DNA of 64,000 nt from Spirochaetia bacterium. GTDB lineage: Bacteria; Spirochaetota; Spirochaetia; UBA9216. Below the pieces are notes generated by a model. It saw only the letters and a program-made list of their open reading frames with translations. It ran no database searches and had not been told where the DNA came from. The stretch covers positions 2,556,488 to 2,620,487 of the forward strand of contig CAXXYH010000004.1 of the NCBI GenBank assembly GCA_963677925.2, read 5' to 3'. Both the position numbers and the translations under genes were made by a program. Shown in pieces: positions 25,663 through 36,383 of this stretch. How positions within the stretch are numbered: position 1 is the stretch's first letter; every line of letters begins with the position of its first letter.

Positions 25663-28479
25663 GTGTTTTTAAAAAGCGTAGAAATTTTCGGTTTTAAATC
25701 ATTTGCAGACAGAGTAAACATCGAATTCAGTGAGGGCATTTCTGCACTTCTGGGGCCAAACGGCTGCGGAAAAAGTAATGTAGTAGATGCTATCAAATGG
25801 GTTCTCGGCGAACAGTCTTCAAAAACTCTGCGGGCAGAGAAAATGGAAGATGTCATCTTTAACGGAACGGAAGCACGAAAAGCAGTTAACGTTGCAGAAG
25901 TAACCCTTCTTATTTCAAACGATTCCGGAATACTTCCGCTTGAACTTCCTGAAATTGCGGTTAAACGCAGGCTTTACCGCTCAGGTGAAAGTGAGTACTT
26001 CGTAAACGGCGCTCAGATAAAGCTTAAAGAGCTGCGGGAACTTTTCTTTGATACAGGTATAGGCAAATCCGCTTATTCAATCATGGAGCAGGGCAAAATC
26101 GACCAGATCCTCTCCAATAAGCCTGAAGAAAGGCGCTACCTTTTTGAGGAAGCCGCCGGTATTACAAAATACAAAATTCGCGGAGCAGAAGCCGAACGCA
26201 AGTTAGCCCGGACCGAAGAGAATATGCGGCAGGTTGAAAGCATCCTCAGCGAGGTAAAGCGATCACACGATACTCTAAAAGTACAGTCGGACAAGACAGT
26301 AAAATACAGGGCTTTGAAAGATGAAATCTTTGAACTGGAGCTTGATATACAGCTTCTGAAGCTTCGCAATCTTCTTGAAAACCAGAATAATTCCGAAACA
26401 AAGCTGAGCGAGAGAGAAAAAAAGAAGGATGAACTCCGATCTGAAATTGACGAGATAAATGAATCGCTTGAAGAAAACCTCGATATAGTTAACAACATGG
26501 AGTCTGATCTTATAGAAAATCAGAAAAAGCTCTATGGTATGGATCTTGAGAAATCCGGTAAGGAGAGCCAGTCAAGGATGCTGAACGAGCGGCAGGCAGA
26601 GGTTAAAAAACAGGCCGAAAACTGCATAGCCCGTGAAGAAACACTCAAACGTAAAATCGAGGCTATTAACGCACAGATAAAAGAGCGCCAGACTGAGATA
26701 GAAGAGCAGAACAAGCGTATAAAAGAAACTGAACATAATATATCCGAGTTTGAAAAAAGCATCGAAACTGCCGCCGACCGTGTTGCCAGCAACGAAAAGG
26801 AAATTATAACCTGTGAGAAGAAGGCTGATGAGGGTGAAAAGCAGCAGATAGAGCTTCAGGAAGAACTTAGGAAGATAACTGATGATATCGTAGAACAGCT
26901 TGATACCAAGTTAAAGGAAACCGGGTATTCACAGAAGTCCAGGCAGGAGGCTGATGATGCACTTAACAGCCAGCTTCAGGGACTCAAGATATTTCTTGAA
27001 GGAAAAATAGCCATCTTTAAGGATGCCGTAAAAACCGGTGCCGCCGAGTCTGAGGGCAGTAAGATAATCTCAAATTCACAGGAATTTTTCTCAGAGGCTG
27101 TGGGCATGGCTGCTTCTATTGCAGAGTCTTTTTCCAAATACAAAGAAACAATACCTGCTTTTATTGATGAGTTTCTTGCTCCGCAGGGTATTATCGCATC
27201 AAAGCGTAAAATAGATCAAAATATCGAAGAAAACCGTGAAATGATTGCCTCTATGCGTGATAAGGCAAAACTGCTCCGGGAAGAGAACAAAAAACTGTCT
27301 CTAAAGATTGAGGAATACCGCAAGACCCTTGAAGAACTCAGACTTACAAGGGTAAGGCTTGAAGCCCGGCTTAAATCCGCTGCGGATGCTCTCAAAATGC
27401 AGGAGCGTGATCTTCACGAGCAGCAGGGGCTGATTCTTGAGAACCGGAATGATCTTGAGTCATGCAATTCCAGACTTGAGAATATTACAAAACAGCTTCA
27501 GACAATCGAGAAGGAAAAAGCCGAACTCGACAAGCAGGAAGCTCAGCTGCGCAAAGAGCTGGAAAAACTTGAAAGCGGCATTTCACGCAAAAACAATGAT
27601 ATGAAGAGCCGTGAAAAGAAACTCAAGGATAAAATGGAAGGCCTCGGGAAAATTCAGCAGCAGATTGAAGAACTGCATATTGAAGTTTCCAATATCAAGA
27701 TTGAAATCCGCAATGTCTATGACAACTTTATAGAAAAACATTCACGTGATCTTACAGATTACGATTCCCGCATATATGAGATTCCCGGTGAAATGAAGGA
27801 TTACCGTGATAAGCTTTCTTCGAGAAAAGAATCTCTTAAAAGCCTGGGCTCAGTTAATTTAATGGCACCGGAAGAGTATGAAGAGATCAAGGAACGGTAT
27901 GAGTTTCTCAACAATCAGATAGAGGACCTAAAAAAAGCGCGCGATGATCTTAAGTTGATTACAAATCAGATTCGGACAGAATCTACCGAACTGTTTCTTG
28001 ATACTTATGATAAACTCCGGAAGAATTTTCATGTCATGTTCAGAAGGCTCTTCGGCGGAGGCCGTGCGGAACTGAAGCTGGTTGAACCGGATGAGGTTCT
28101 CACTTCGGGTATTGAAATATATGCACAGCCTCCCGGAAAGAAGCTTGAGAACATTGCACTGCTTTCAGGCGGTGAGCGCTCACTGACAGCAGTAGGGCTG
28201 CTCTTTGCCACCTATATGGTAAAACCTTCTCCCTTCTGTATCCTTGATGAGATTGACGCTGCCCTTGATGAGGCAAATGTCGGCCGCTTTGTAAATACTC
28301 TGATGGAGTTCGGAAAGAAATCACAGTTTATTGTTATTACCCATAACAAGAAAACAGTAGCCGGAGCAAGTGCACTGCTTGGTGTAACAATGGAAGAATC
28401 AGGAGTATCCAAGGCTGTCTCAATACGCATAGACAGCAGGACGACTGCCTCAGAGGAAGAGAAGGCTGAAGTTACATGA
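25663..28479 (+). CDS. smc: Chromosome segregation protein SMC (short form)
   Basis: GFKSF, GPNGCGKSN, long coiled coils, LSGGE, LDEIDAALD. Confidence 0.93.
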   Translation: MFLKSVEIFGFKSFADRVNIEFSEGISALLGPNGCGKSNVVDAIKWVLGEQSSKTLRAEKMEDVIFNGTEARKAVNVAEVTLLISNDSGILPLELPEIAVKRRLYRSGESEYFVNGAQIKLKELRELFFDTGIGKSAYSIMEQGKIDQILSNKPEERRYLFEEAAGITKYKIRGAEAERKLARTEENMRQVESILSEVKRSHDTLKVQSDKTVKYRALKDEIFELELDIQLLKLRNLLENQNNSETKLSEREKKKDELRSEIDEINESLEENLDIVNNMESDLIENQKKLYGMDLEKSGKESQSRMLNERQAEVKKQAENCIAREETLKRKIEAINAQIKERQTEIEEQNKRIKETEHNISEFEKSIETAADRVASNEKEIITCEKKADEGEKQQIELQEELRKITDDIVEQLDTKLKETGYSQKSRQEADDALNSQLQGLKIFLEGKIAIFKDAVKTGAAESEGSKIISNSQEFFSEAVGMAASIAESFSKYKETIPAFIDEFLAPQGIIASKRKIDQNIEENREMIASMRDKAKLLREENKKLSLKIEEYRKTLEELRLTRVRLEARLKSAADALKMQERDLHEQQGLILENRNDLESCNSRLENITKQLQTIEKEKAELDKQEAQLRKELEKLESGISRKNNDMKSREKKLKDKMEGLGKIQQQIEELHIEVSNIKIEIRNVYDNFIEKHSRDLTDYDSRIYEIPGEMKDYRDKLSSRKESLKSLGSVNLMAPEEYEEIKERYEFLNNQIEDLKKARDDLKLITNQIRTESTELFLDTYDKLRKNFHVMFRRLFGGGRAELKLVEPDEVLTSGIEIYAQPPGKKLENIALLSGGERSLTAVGLLFATYMVKPSPFCILDEIDAALDEANVGRFVNTLMEFGKKSQFIVITHNKKTVAGASALLGVTMEESGVSKAVSIRIDSRTTASEEEKAEVT

Positions 28480-28895
28480 AACTCCCGTTCAAATTGCCGC
28501 AGATAGACTTATCAGGAATTTTCAGTTTCAGTAACAGGGAGCTCAGGATAATCCTTATAGTATTTATTTCGGTAATTGGAACGGCAGTTCTACTGATTGC
28601 AGGAAGCCTTATTATCCGCGGTACAAAGAAGCCGGAGGCAGCCGGCTATTCGGTTCCGCAGTCCATTGACGGCTCAGCCCTGTCAGCAGAAAAACCGCTG
28701 CTTTCCGATTTTATGCTTTATGACGATAACCTTAATCCTGAAACTGCTGAATACCTGCTTTCCAGAGAACCTCAAAACCGCTGGAGCAGTGATTTTACCG
28801 ATCAATACTGGATAGATCAGAAAGAAATAACCAGAGAACTCCTTGAGATGGAACTTGAAAAGAAAATCAGGGAAATCTATGCAGATGTTCCCTGA
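28476..28895 (+). CDS. Single-TM hypothetical protein
   Basis: ATGA-coupled to smc; one TM helix. Confidence 0.7.
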   Translation: MKLPFKLPQIDLSGIFSFSNRELRIILIVFISVIGTAVLLIAGSLIIRGTKKPEAAGYSVPQSIDGSALSAEKPLLSDFMLYDDNLNPETAEYLLSREPQNRWSSDFTDQYWIDQKEITRELLEMELEKKIREIYADVP

Positions 28896-30189
28896 TAAAC
28901 CTCTGAAAAAAAAACGCTCACTTTTGAAATATATGCAGGTGTTCAGCCTGACATTCGCTATTCTCGCTGCTGCTTTTTCCTGCAGCACTTTTAATGGAAT
29001 ATTTTCACCTGCAGATGAACCTCTAAACGACAAGCCTGAATATCCTGCATCTGAAACACCTGAAGTATCTGATACAGAAAAAATTGAAATCGATAACCAA
29101 TCAATTTCGGAGGCTATGTCTTCAGACATTGATAATCTTGTTGACTATGCTATTCCTCCCTATATTGAGAAAACACCGGAGAAATACGTCGAACCGCGCC
29201 TTATACTGCATGAGCATGATATTAAGAAGAAGGAGTCCGAACCTCTTCCGGCTGAAGTTCTTCAGGTTTCCGCAGAAACTTCTGACGCCGATGCAGATAT
29301 CGGAATAGAATCTGTGCAGTTTGAGCAGTCTCAGTCTGTTATGCCCGAGGTTTCAAACACCGCTCAGTCTACGGCTCCTTCAGTATCAGCCTCAGCACAT
29401 ACTTCCGATACTGTTTTGCAGAGAAACTCTCAGGAAACTGCCGCAGCGGCATTGCCGTCAGAAACCGCTGTCCAGAAAACTTTTCCTGCAGAAACTGACC
29501 CGCAGCCTATTATTCTTCAGGTTTCCGCCGTCGCCGGAGAGCTATCAGTCTTTGAACTGCCCGGTGAAGGCTGGCTTTTTAACGGTTTTGCTGAATCAGG
29601 TAAAGATGAAGATGCAGTAAGATATAACGGGCGTGATTTTTTAAATGATAATACTGTTTTTTCTTTTTTCTGCTACCGGGAGTGTATTGCCGAGCTTTCA
29701 TTTTCTCTGACGGATTACCGGGCTGATTCCATAAAGAGAGCACAGGTTTTATTAAATGCAGTAAGAAGTGAAAAAGCTGACAGCTCAGTTGCTTCAGCCG
29801 AATCATCAGAAACCGAGGCAGCTGAAAAAAACGGAAACAGTTCAAATAATCAGGCTCCTGAGTTATCAATTCAGGCGGAGGCTCCTCAGGTGATACCTGA
29901 AAATACCGAAGACCTTCTGGAATACTGTAAAGCCAAGGCTGCAGACGGAAATCCTGAAGAGGCTGTAGAACTTATAGAATCAAAAATGCCTGATTTTGAC
30001 CTACTTGAACTGGATTCTGTCTATTATTTTCTTGCACAACAGTATGAATCTGTTTCCGGGCTAAGAGATATAAAAAAATCAATCAGTTATTATAAAAAGA
30101 TTGTTGATGAATTTCCTATAAGTCTTTACTGGGAGGATTCCCGTGAAAGAATCAACTATCTTGAGCGCAGATATATCTATATACGGTAA
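28879..30189 (+). CDS. Putative lipoprotein with C-terminal TPR/BamD-like helices
   Basis: AAAFSC lipobox; low-complexity linker; YYFLAQQYE...YYKKIVDEFPISLYW; start uncertain (28879 or 28933). Confidence 0.65.
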   Translation: MQMFPDKPLKKKRSLLKYMQVFSLTFAILAAAFSCSTFNGIFSPADEPLNDKPEYPASETPEVSDTEKIEIDNQSISEAMSSDIDNLVDYAIPPYIEKTPEKYVEPRLILHEHDIKKKESEPLPAEVLQVSAETSDADADIGIESVQFEQSQSVMPEVSNTAQSTAPSVSASAHTSDTVLQRNSQETAAAALPSETAVQKTFPAETDPQPIILQVSAVAGELSVFELPGEGWLFNGFAESGKDEDAVRYNGRDFLNDNTVFSFFCYRECIAELSFSLTDYRADSIKRAQVLLNAVRSEKADSSVASAESSETEAAEKNGNSSNNQAPELSIQAEAPQVIPENTEDLLEYCKAKAADGNPEEAVELIESKMPDFDLLELDSVYYFLAQQYESVSGLRDIKKSISYYKKIVDEFPISLYWEDSRERINYLERRYIYIR

Positions 30190-30257
30190 GTCTTTAATGT
30201 TGACATTCATGTTGATTTCAGGGTATAACTGTCACCAAATCCGGAGGATATGGAGTA

Positions 30258-31592
30258 ATGCTGGACAATCTATCAAATAAATTCTCAGACATTTTCAGGA
30301 AAATTTCCGGCAATGCTGCAATCTCAGAAAAAAACATAGAAGAAGCTGTAGAGCAGATTAAAATTGCCCTGCTTGAAGCTGATGTTAATATCAGAGTAGT
30401 TCGGAGATTTGTAAACAGGACCATTGAAGAAGCAAAAGGCGAGGCTGTTCTTAAAGCAGTAAACCCGGGCCAGCAGTTTATCAAGATTGTTCATGACCGG
30501 ATGGTTACTCTTCTTGGCGATGAGCGTCAGGAGCTCAATTTAAAAGGACCTGACACAGCAAGTATCATTCTGATGATGGGACTACAGGGTTCCGGTAAGA
30601 CAACAACCTCTGCAAAGCTTGCTTTAAGACTCAAAAAAGAAGGCAGAAAACCCCTTCTTGTCGCAGCAGACCTGGTGAGGCCGGCCGCAGTAAAGCAGCT
30701 TCACGTTCTCGGAGAACAGGTTGGCGTTGATGTTTATTCGGAGGATACAAAAGACCCTCTATCGGTAGTGAAAAATGCTCTTAAGAAAGCAAAAAAAGAG
30801 CAGTTCAATACTGTTATTATAGATACTGCCGGCCGTATGCATGTCGATCAGGATCTGATGAAGGAGATAAAGGCTGTAGCATCTGCTGCAAAACCTGATG
30901 AAACCCTCCTTGTTGCAGATTCAATGACAGGACAGCATGCGGTTGAAATTGCAAAAGAATTTGATGAATCTGTAGGTATCAGCGGTGTTATCCTCAGTAA
31001 ATTCGATTCAGATGCAAGAGGCGGAGCGGCATTGTCGCTGAAATCAGTAACCGGTAAACCTATTAAATTCGTAGGTACCGGTGAAAAAACCGAAGATCTT
31101 GAACCCTTTTTCCCTGAAAGGATTGCAACAAGAATACTCGGCATGGGAGATGTTGTCTCTCTCGTTGAAAAGGCTCAGGAAACAATTGATGAGGAAGATG
31201 CCAAAAAGCTTGAAGAAAAGATGGCTAAGGCTACCTTCACACTCGAAGACTACCTTGAGCAGTTCCAGCGGGTTAAGAAAATGGGAAGCATAAAATCGTT
31301 GATTGATATGGTTCCCGGAGCTGCCGGCAGGATAAGCGAGGACGATATCGATGAAAATGAAATAAAACGGGAGGAAGCTATTATACTTTCGATGACTATA
31401 CAGGAACGTCGAAATCATCGTATAATAAGCCCTTCACGTCGAAAACGTATCGCTAAGGGAAGCGGTACAAACGTGTATGAAGTTAACCGGCTTATCAAGA
31501 AGTTCGATAAAATGCGGCTTATGATGAAAAAGGTTACCAAAAATAAGAAATACCAGGCTCAGCTCATGAATCAGCTGGGTGGAGTACGATAA
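30258..31592 (+). CDS. ffh: Signal recognition particle protein
   Basis: ALLEADV, GLQGSGKTT, DTAGR, RILGMGD, M domain. Confidence 0.98.
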   Translation: MLDNLSNKFSDIFRKISGNAAISEKNIEEAVEQIKIALLEADVNIRVVRRFVNRTIEEAKGEAVLKAVNPGQQFIKIVHDRMVTLLGDERQELNLKGPDTASIILMMGLQGSGKTTTSAKLALRLKKEGRKPLLVAADLVRPAAVKQLHVLGEQVGVDVYSEDTKDPLSVVKNALKKAKKEQFNTVIIDTAGRMHVDQDLMKEIKAVASAAKPDETLLVADSMTGQHAVEIAKEFDESVGISGVILSKFDSDARGGAALSLKSVTGKPIKFVGTGEKTEDLEPFFPERIATRILGMGDVVSLVEKAQETIDEEDAKKLEEKMAKATFTLEDYLEQFQRVKKMGSIKSLIDMVPGAAGRISEDDIDENEIKREEAIILSMTIQERRNHRIISPSRRKRIAKGSGTNVYEVNRLIKKFDKMRLMMKKVTKNKKYQAQLMNQLGGVR

Positions 31593-31607
31593 ACACAGGA
31601 GGCTCTA

Positions 31608-31859
31608 GTGAGCACAAAGATCAGACTGAAAAGATTCGGAACCAAAAAAAGACCATACTACAGAATCGTTGTTATGGATTCCAGAACTGCACGTGACGGA
31701 AGAACAATTGAGGAAGTAGGATTTTATCATCCAATCGAACTTGAAGAGAATCAGCTGAAATTAAAAGAAGACAGGATTAAAGACTGGCTCGAAAAAGGCG
31801 CCAGACCCACTGATACTGTTAAAAAACTGCTTAACAAAAATAATATTTTTATTAAATAG
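31608..31859 (+). CDS. rpsP: 30S ribosomal protein S16
   Basis: KIRLKRFGTKKRPYYRIVV. Confidence 0.97.
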   Translation: MSTKIRLKRFGTKKRPYYRIVVMDSRTARDGRTIEEVGFYHPIELEENQLKLKEDRIKDWLEKGARPTDTVKKLLNKNNIFIK

Positions 31860-31885
31860 CAAAGCAGTTTATTAAGGAGTACCAG

Positions 31886-32119
31886 TTGGAAAAAGACCTT
31901 GTCGAATATATAGCTAAATCACTTGTTGATGATCCTTCAGGGGTTATAGTCAACATGATTGAAGGTGAAAAATCTACTATTCTCGAGCTTAAAGTATCTC
32001 CTGATGATATCGGAAAGGTAATCGGCAAGCACGGTAGAATCGCAAAAGCGGTAAGAACCATTTTAAGTGCTTCTGCAACCAAAACCGGTAAAAGGGTAGT
32101 TCTGGAAATTCTTGATTAG
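31886..32119 (+). CDS. khpA: KH domain RNA-binding protein
   Basis: DIGKVIGKHGRIAKAVR; between rpsP and rimM. Confidence 0.93.
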   Translation: MEKDLVEYIAKSLVDDPSGVIVNMIEGEKSTILELKVSPDDIGKVIGKHGRIAKAVRTILSASATKTGKRVVLEILD

Positions 32120-32623
32120 ATGGATAAAATTGCTATCGGTAAGATTCGAACATCAACCGGAGTTAAAGGTTATCTTAAAGTTCTGAGTTTTTCCGGAGAA
32201 TATAAACATTTCAGCAAGCTTAAAGGGCTTGAAATTGAAATGAAATATTCCGGAAAAACAAAGTTTTTTAGTGTAGAAGATGTTAAATGCAGTACCGCTT
32301 CAGCAGCGATAAAGCTGCAGGGCATAGACAATCCTGAAGACGGCAAAAAACTTTCCGGTTGGGAAATCTATACTGAAAGGAAATATGCCGCCGGCCTGAA
32401 AAAAGGGGAATTTTATCATGCTGATCTGCACGGCTGCAGTCTGGTTTATGATAAAGAACCCGTAGGCCTAATAAAAGGGATTGTTGAGTCACCTACTGCA
32501 GATATGCTTGAAGTTGATACTGATGGCTCAATTCATCTTGTACCCTTACTTGATGTATTTATCGGTGAAATAGACATCAGGAATAAAACAATTGAATTGA
32601 AGGAAAAATGGCTGCTGGAATAA
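32120..32623 (+). CDS. rimM: Ribosome maturation factor RimM
   Basis: IGKI...GVKG, EFYHADLHG, PRC barrel; synteny. Confidence 0.92.
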   Translation: MDKIAIGKIRTSTGVKGYLKVLSFSGEYKHFSKLKGLEIEMKYSGKTKFFSVEDVKCSTASAAIKLQGIDNPEDGKKLSGWEIYTERKYAAGLKKGEFYHADLHGCSLVYDKEPVGLIKGIVESPTADMLEVDTDGSIHLVPLLDVFIGEIDIRNKTIELKEKWLLE

Positions 32624-33354
32624 AGTTTACAATTCTAACCCTGTTTCCTGAGATTCTGGAAGGCTTTTTTACAAGTTCTATTATGGCTAAGGCTGTTGAA
32701 AAAGGGACGATATCCTATGAACTTGTTAATATAAGGGATTTTGCCTTTGACAGGCATAAAACCTGTGATGATGCGCCCTACGGAGGCGGCGCCGGAATGG
32801 TTATGAAACCTGAACCGGTAGTTAAAGCTCTTGAGTCCGTCGGCGCTTCTCAAAAAAAAACAGTCTTTGTAACACCTTCGGGAAATCTGTTTAATCAGAA
32901 GTATGCCGGAGATTTTTCGCAGGAAAAAGAGATTGTCATTCTCTGCGGACGTTATGAAGGGGTTGATCAGAGAGTCTTAGACGCGTATATTGATAACGAA
33001 ATCTCAATAGGCGACTATGTTCTCTCATCTGGTGAAACTGCAGCGCTCGTCGTTGTCGATGCGGTTTACAGGCTGGTTGACGGGGTTATCAACAGTGAAT
33101 CTCTTGAAGAAGAGAGTTTTGCAAAGGGAATACTGGAGTATCCCCATTATACGCGTCCGGAAGAGTTTATGGGTGTTAAGGTACCTGATATCCTGCTTTC
33201 GGGGCACCATGAAAATATACGTAAATGGCGTCTTGAGAAAAGTATTGAGAAGACGTTGAAATACAGACCGGAACTTCTTGAAAATGCAGAACTTTCGGAC
33301 GAAGAAATAAATATACTTAGCAGGATAAAAGATATAGCTAACAGGGAGGACTGA
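32608..33354 (+). CDS. trmD: tRNA (guanine-N1)-methyltransferase
   Basis: [34 protein letters not shown]. Confidence 0.97.
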   Translation: MAAGIKFTILTLFPEILEGFFTSSIMAKAVEKGTISYELVNIRDFAFDRHKTCDDAPYGGGAGMVMKPEPVVKALESVGASQKKTVFVTPSGNLFNQKYAGDFSQEKEIVILCGRYEGVDQRVLDAYIDNEISIGDYVLSSGETAALVVVDAVYRLVDGVINSESLEEESFAKGILEYPHYTRPEEFMGVKVPDILLSGHHENIRKWRLEKSIEKTLKYRPELLENAELSDEEINILSRIKDIANRED

Positions 33355-33355
33355 A

Positions 33356-33709
33356 ATGGACCTGATAAAGGCAATTGAGGCAGAGCAGATAAAAGAAGAA
33401 GTTGCAGACTTCAGAATAGGTGATACTGTTAAAGTAAATTACAAGATCGTAGAAGGTACAACTGAGCGTGTACAGGTATACGAAGGTCTTGTAATTGCAA
33501 TCAATAATGATGGTTCCAGAAAAACTTTTACAGTCAGAAAAATTTCATACGGTGTAGGTGTAGAAAGAATTTTTCCGGTACACTCACCGAAAATCGAAAG
33601 CATCGAAATCGTTCGACGCGGACGTGTAAGAAGAGCAAAACTTTACTACATCCGGGACAGGGTTGGTAAAAAAGCCAAGATTAAAGAGCTTATTAAAAAG
33701 AAAAAATAA
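33356..33709 (+). CDS. rplS: 50S ribosomal protein L19
   Basis: [30 protein letters not shown]. Confidence 0.98.
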   Translation: MDLIKAIEAEQIKEEVADFRIGDTVKVNYKIVEGTTERVQVYEGLVIAINNDGSRKTFTVRKISYGVGVERIFPVHSPKIESIEIVRRGRVRRAKLYYIRDRVGKKAKIKELIKKKK

Positions 33710-33713
33710 TTTC

Positions 33714-34637
33714 TTGAACTTAGCTTCAATAGGAATTAATAGAAATCTCATATTAAAAGCCGGTATTAATAATGTCAAAACCGGCGATTTTTTATATATA
33801 AAAGTTCTGTCACATATAAACGATAAAGCCAGAATCTCTGTCAACGGAAAAATTCTTACAGTAAATAGCAGCCTGCTGCTTAAATCCGGTCAGACTCTTC
33901 GTGTTAAAGCAGTCTGGAATGGAAATCTGCTTGAATTAAGACCGGCTGAACAACCCGCAGCTGCCAAAATGCCTGCCTTATTAAACGGGTATTTTAAATC
34001 AGATACTGAAGGTGCAGTAGTTTTTGCGGCAATGAAAAACGCAGGTCTTTCTTTGAAAGATGAAAATATAAAAAATATGGTTAAAATTCTGTCCAGGCTG
34101 AAGAAAGCCGATCCTGGAAAAGCCAGAATTGCAGCAGAGTTGCTTAAAAAAGGTTTTATCGCAGATGAAAACGCTGTTTCGTACATTGAAGGTAATTCAG
34201 CTGAGGATAATCACAAAAAGAATAATAATTTTCATGAACTATTTAATTCTGTAGAAGCTGATGATATAAACTGGCTTATTCTTCCATACTCTCTTAAAGG
34301 TCCTGAACGGATGCTTAAAGGCAGTTTAAAACTGAAATTCAGAAAGTCTGTCAAACTTCCGGACACGGCGGTCCTTGAAGTGATGCTCGATACAGAAAGA
34401 CTGTTCTTTGTTATAGATAATCCATGCCGGGATAATCGTAAAATTGAAATTTATACTTCACAGGAAGGCCGGCTTTTAAAAAAAACGGAAATTCGAAATG
34501 AATTAGAGGAAAATCTGCGAAACCTCGGTATCAAAATTGACGATAATATTAATAACTGGTGTTTCGATAAAGGAATTTTTGACGGGTTCGGTCCGACTGA
34601 GAATTCTGCAGCTTCCGGTTTTGAGGAACTTGCATGA
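33714..34637 (+). CDS. Hypothetical protein, YlqG/FliK-like by position
   Basis: Long ORF ATGA-coupled to the FlhB-C-like gene; start uncertain (TTG 33714). Confidence 0.55.
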   Translation: MNLASIGINRNLILKAGINNVKTGDFLYIKVLSHINDKARISVNGKILTVNSSLLLKSGQTLRVKAVWNGNLLELRPAEQPAAAKMPALLNGYFKSDTEGAVVFAAMKNAGLSLKDENIKNMVKILSRLKKADPGKARIAAELLKKGFIADENAVSYIEGNSAEDNHKKNNNFHELFNSVEADDINWLILPYSLKGPERMLKGSLKLKFRKSVKLPDTAVLEVMLDTERLFFVIDNPCRDNRKIEIYTSQEGRLLKKTEIRNELEENLRNLGIKIDDNINNWCFDKGIFDGFGPTENSAASGFEELA

Positions 34638-34912
34638 GTACTTCTGAAGTTTTCAAAGAAAAAATTGATAAGGCTATAGTCCTTAAGTACTTGAAGAATC
34701 TTCCGGCACCTTTTATTGTATGTAAGGGTAAAAGGAAGAAGGCAGAAAAAATTCTTCAGATTGCCAGAGATAACAATATTGAAATTGTTGAAGAAGGAGA
34801 CCTTGCTGATAGATTGTTTGAATTTGAGAGCGGTGATTATATTCCGGAAGAGCTGTATGAAATTACAGCCGGAATTCTCGCTTTTGTATACAATCTGCAG
34901 GAACATAAATGA
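34634..34912 (+). CDS. EscU/YscU/FlhB C-terminal-like (YlqH) protein
   Basis: KAIVLKY...AP.IVCKG...AEKILQIAR...IPEELYE. Confidence 0.85.
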   Translation: MSTSEVFKEKIDKAIVLKYLKNLPAPFIVCKGKRKKAEKILQIARDNNIEIVEEGDLADRLFEFESGDYIPEELYEITAGILAFVYNLQEHK

Positions 34913-36027
34913 ATAAGATACCGGTACAGGAATTAGAAGCAGGAAGTAAATACTCAAAACCTGTATATATTGACGATGAAAGTATATTAGTCCCTGAAAA
35001 TGTTGAAATACGGGAAAAGGATATTCAGCGTCTTTTAAAGTGGGGAGTTGAAGAAGTAAGAACGGAAGGTGTCCTGATGGACGGCAGTGCGCCCTCATCA
35101 GACGATTCTTTTGAAGGTAAAGGCGTTACTTCTTCAGAATTGAAAGCATACCGAAGGGCTATTGCTTCAATGGACAGTTTTTTTAACGACTGTAGAAAGG
35201 GTGTCAGCCTCAGCAGCAGTGATCTTGAAGATGTAATTCATAATTTCTATCCGCTAATTCTTGATAAACCTGAATCTGCAATGGTTCTTACAACTTTAAA
35301 GCAGGATGCAGTAGATAATTTATCATGTGCTGCAGTAAACTGTATGATTTATTCAACGGTACTCGGGATTAAAATTAAAATACCTGGACACAGGCTGATT
35401 AACATAGCATATGCTTCACTAATTCACGATATAGGTATGACTCAGATTCCCCAGAATATTATAAGGAAAAAGGGTAAGCTTAATCCTGAAGAGCTGGATA
35501 AGGTAAAAACACATACCGTTTATGCATATAGACTTGCTCTTAAGGCTCTGGGTCTTGCGGAAGAAGTGGGACGCATTGCTATGTCGCATCACGAAAGATG
35601 GGACGGCAAGGGTTATCCCAGAGGTCTTGACGGTAACAAGATTCCGGTTGGAGCAAGGATCCTTTCGGTAGCAGATGCCTTTGTTGCTATGAGCAAGGAC
35701 AGGCCAGACAGAGATTCATTAACGGGATATACGGCAATAAGGCAGATCCTTAATGACAATTCAAGACGGTTTGATCCAGCCATCCTGAAAATCTTTATTC
35801 AGAATATTGGTATATATCCACGAGGAAGCATTGTAATACTTAACAATAATGCGATCGGTAAAATAGTCGAAATTCATTCTGCGGCGCCGTTAAGACCGGT
35901 TCTGCAGCTTCTGATAGATGAAAAAGGGCGTAAGCCAAAACAGAAAAACACCTATCTGGATCTGCTTAAGGAAAAGGATATTTTTATCACAAGAGCAGTT
36001 GATCCGAAGGAGATGGGAAAAGGCTGA
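34909..36027 (+). CDS. HD-GYP domain c-di-GMP phosphodiesterase
   Basis: IHDIGM, HHERWDGKGYP, RILSVAD. Confidence 0.9.
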   Translation: MNKIPVQELEAGSKYSKPVYIDDESILVPENVEIREKDIQRLLKWGVEEVRTEGVLMDGSAPSSDDSFEGKGVTSSELKAYRRAIASMDSFFNDCRKGVSLSSSDLEDVIHNFYPLILDKPESAMVLTTLKQDAVDNLSCAAVNCMIYSTVLGIKIKIPGHRLINIAYASLIHDIGMTQIPQNIIRKKGKLNPEELDKVKTHTVYAYRLALKALGLAEEVGRIAMSHHERWDGKGYPRGLDGNKIPVGARILSVADAFVAMSKDRPDRDSLTGYTAIRQILNDNSRRFDPAILKIFIQNIGIYPRGSIVILNNNAIGKIVEIHSAAPLRPVLQLLIDEKGRKPKQKNTYLDLLKEKDIFITRAVDPKEMGKG

Positions 36028-36383
36028 ATAAAGGAAGAGACGGAGAGGCGCTTGCTGTTGAATATCTTGAAAGCCTGGGCTGGAAGATAATAGCAAGAAA
36101 TTACAGAACCAGAAGAGCGGAGATTGATATTATTGCACTGGATGAAGATGAACTGGTTTTTGTTGAAGTTAAACGCTGGGACAGTCTTAGTATCGAAGAT
36201 ATTGAAATTGGTATTAACAGGATTAAGCGGGAACGTATAATATCCTGTTCTAAATACTACCTTGCCGAAAATGAGTGGTATCAGAATAAAACGGTAAGGT
36301 ATGACGTGGTTTTCCACAAAGGGTTATTGTCTGGACTGGAACATATTAGGAATGCCTTTACGGAGACAGGAATATATGATTAG
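36024..36383 (+). CDS. yraN: YraN family endonuclease-like protein (119 aa), not in ORF track
   Basis: LNKGRDGEALAVEYLESLGWKIIARNYRTRRAEIDIIALDEDELVFVEVK...RYDVV...EHIRNAF; only candidate start is CTG 36024. Confidence 0.88.
   Translation: MNKGRDGEALAVEYLESLGWKIIARNYRTRRAEIDIIALDEDELVFVEVKRWDSLSIEDIEIGINRIKRERIISCSKYYLAENEWYQNKTVRYDVVFHKGLLSGLEHIRNAFTETGIYD

Noticed and set aside
33663-33713. Apparent rplS overlap or frameshift fusion with next ORF
   Set aside because: rplS is complete; an in-frame TTG after its stop explains the downstream gene
34451-35098. Long antisense ORFs (also 1585..2073, 62972..63601 and many shorter)
   Set aside because: Shadows of well-supported genes, with no SD or recognisable motifs
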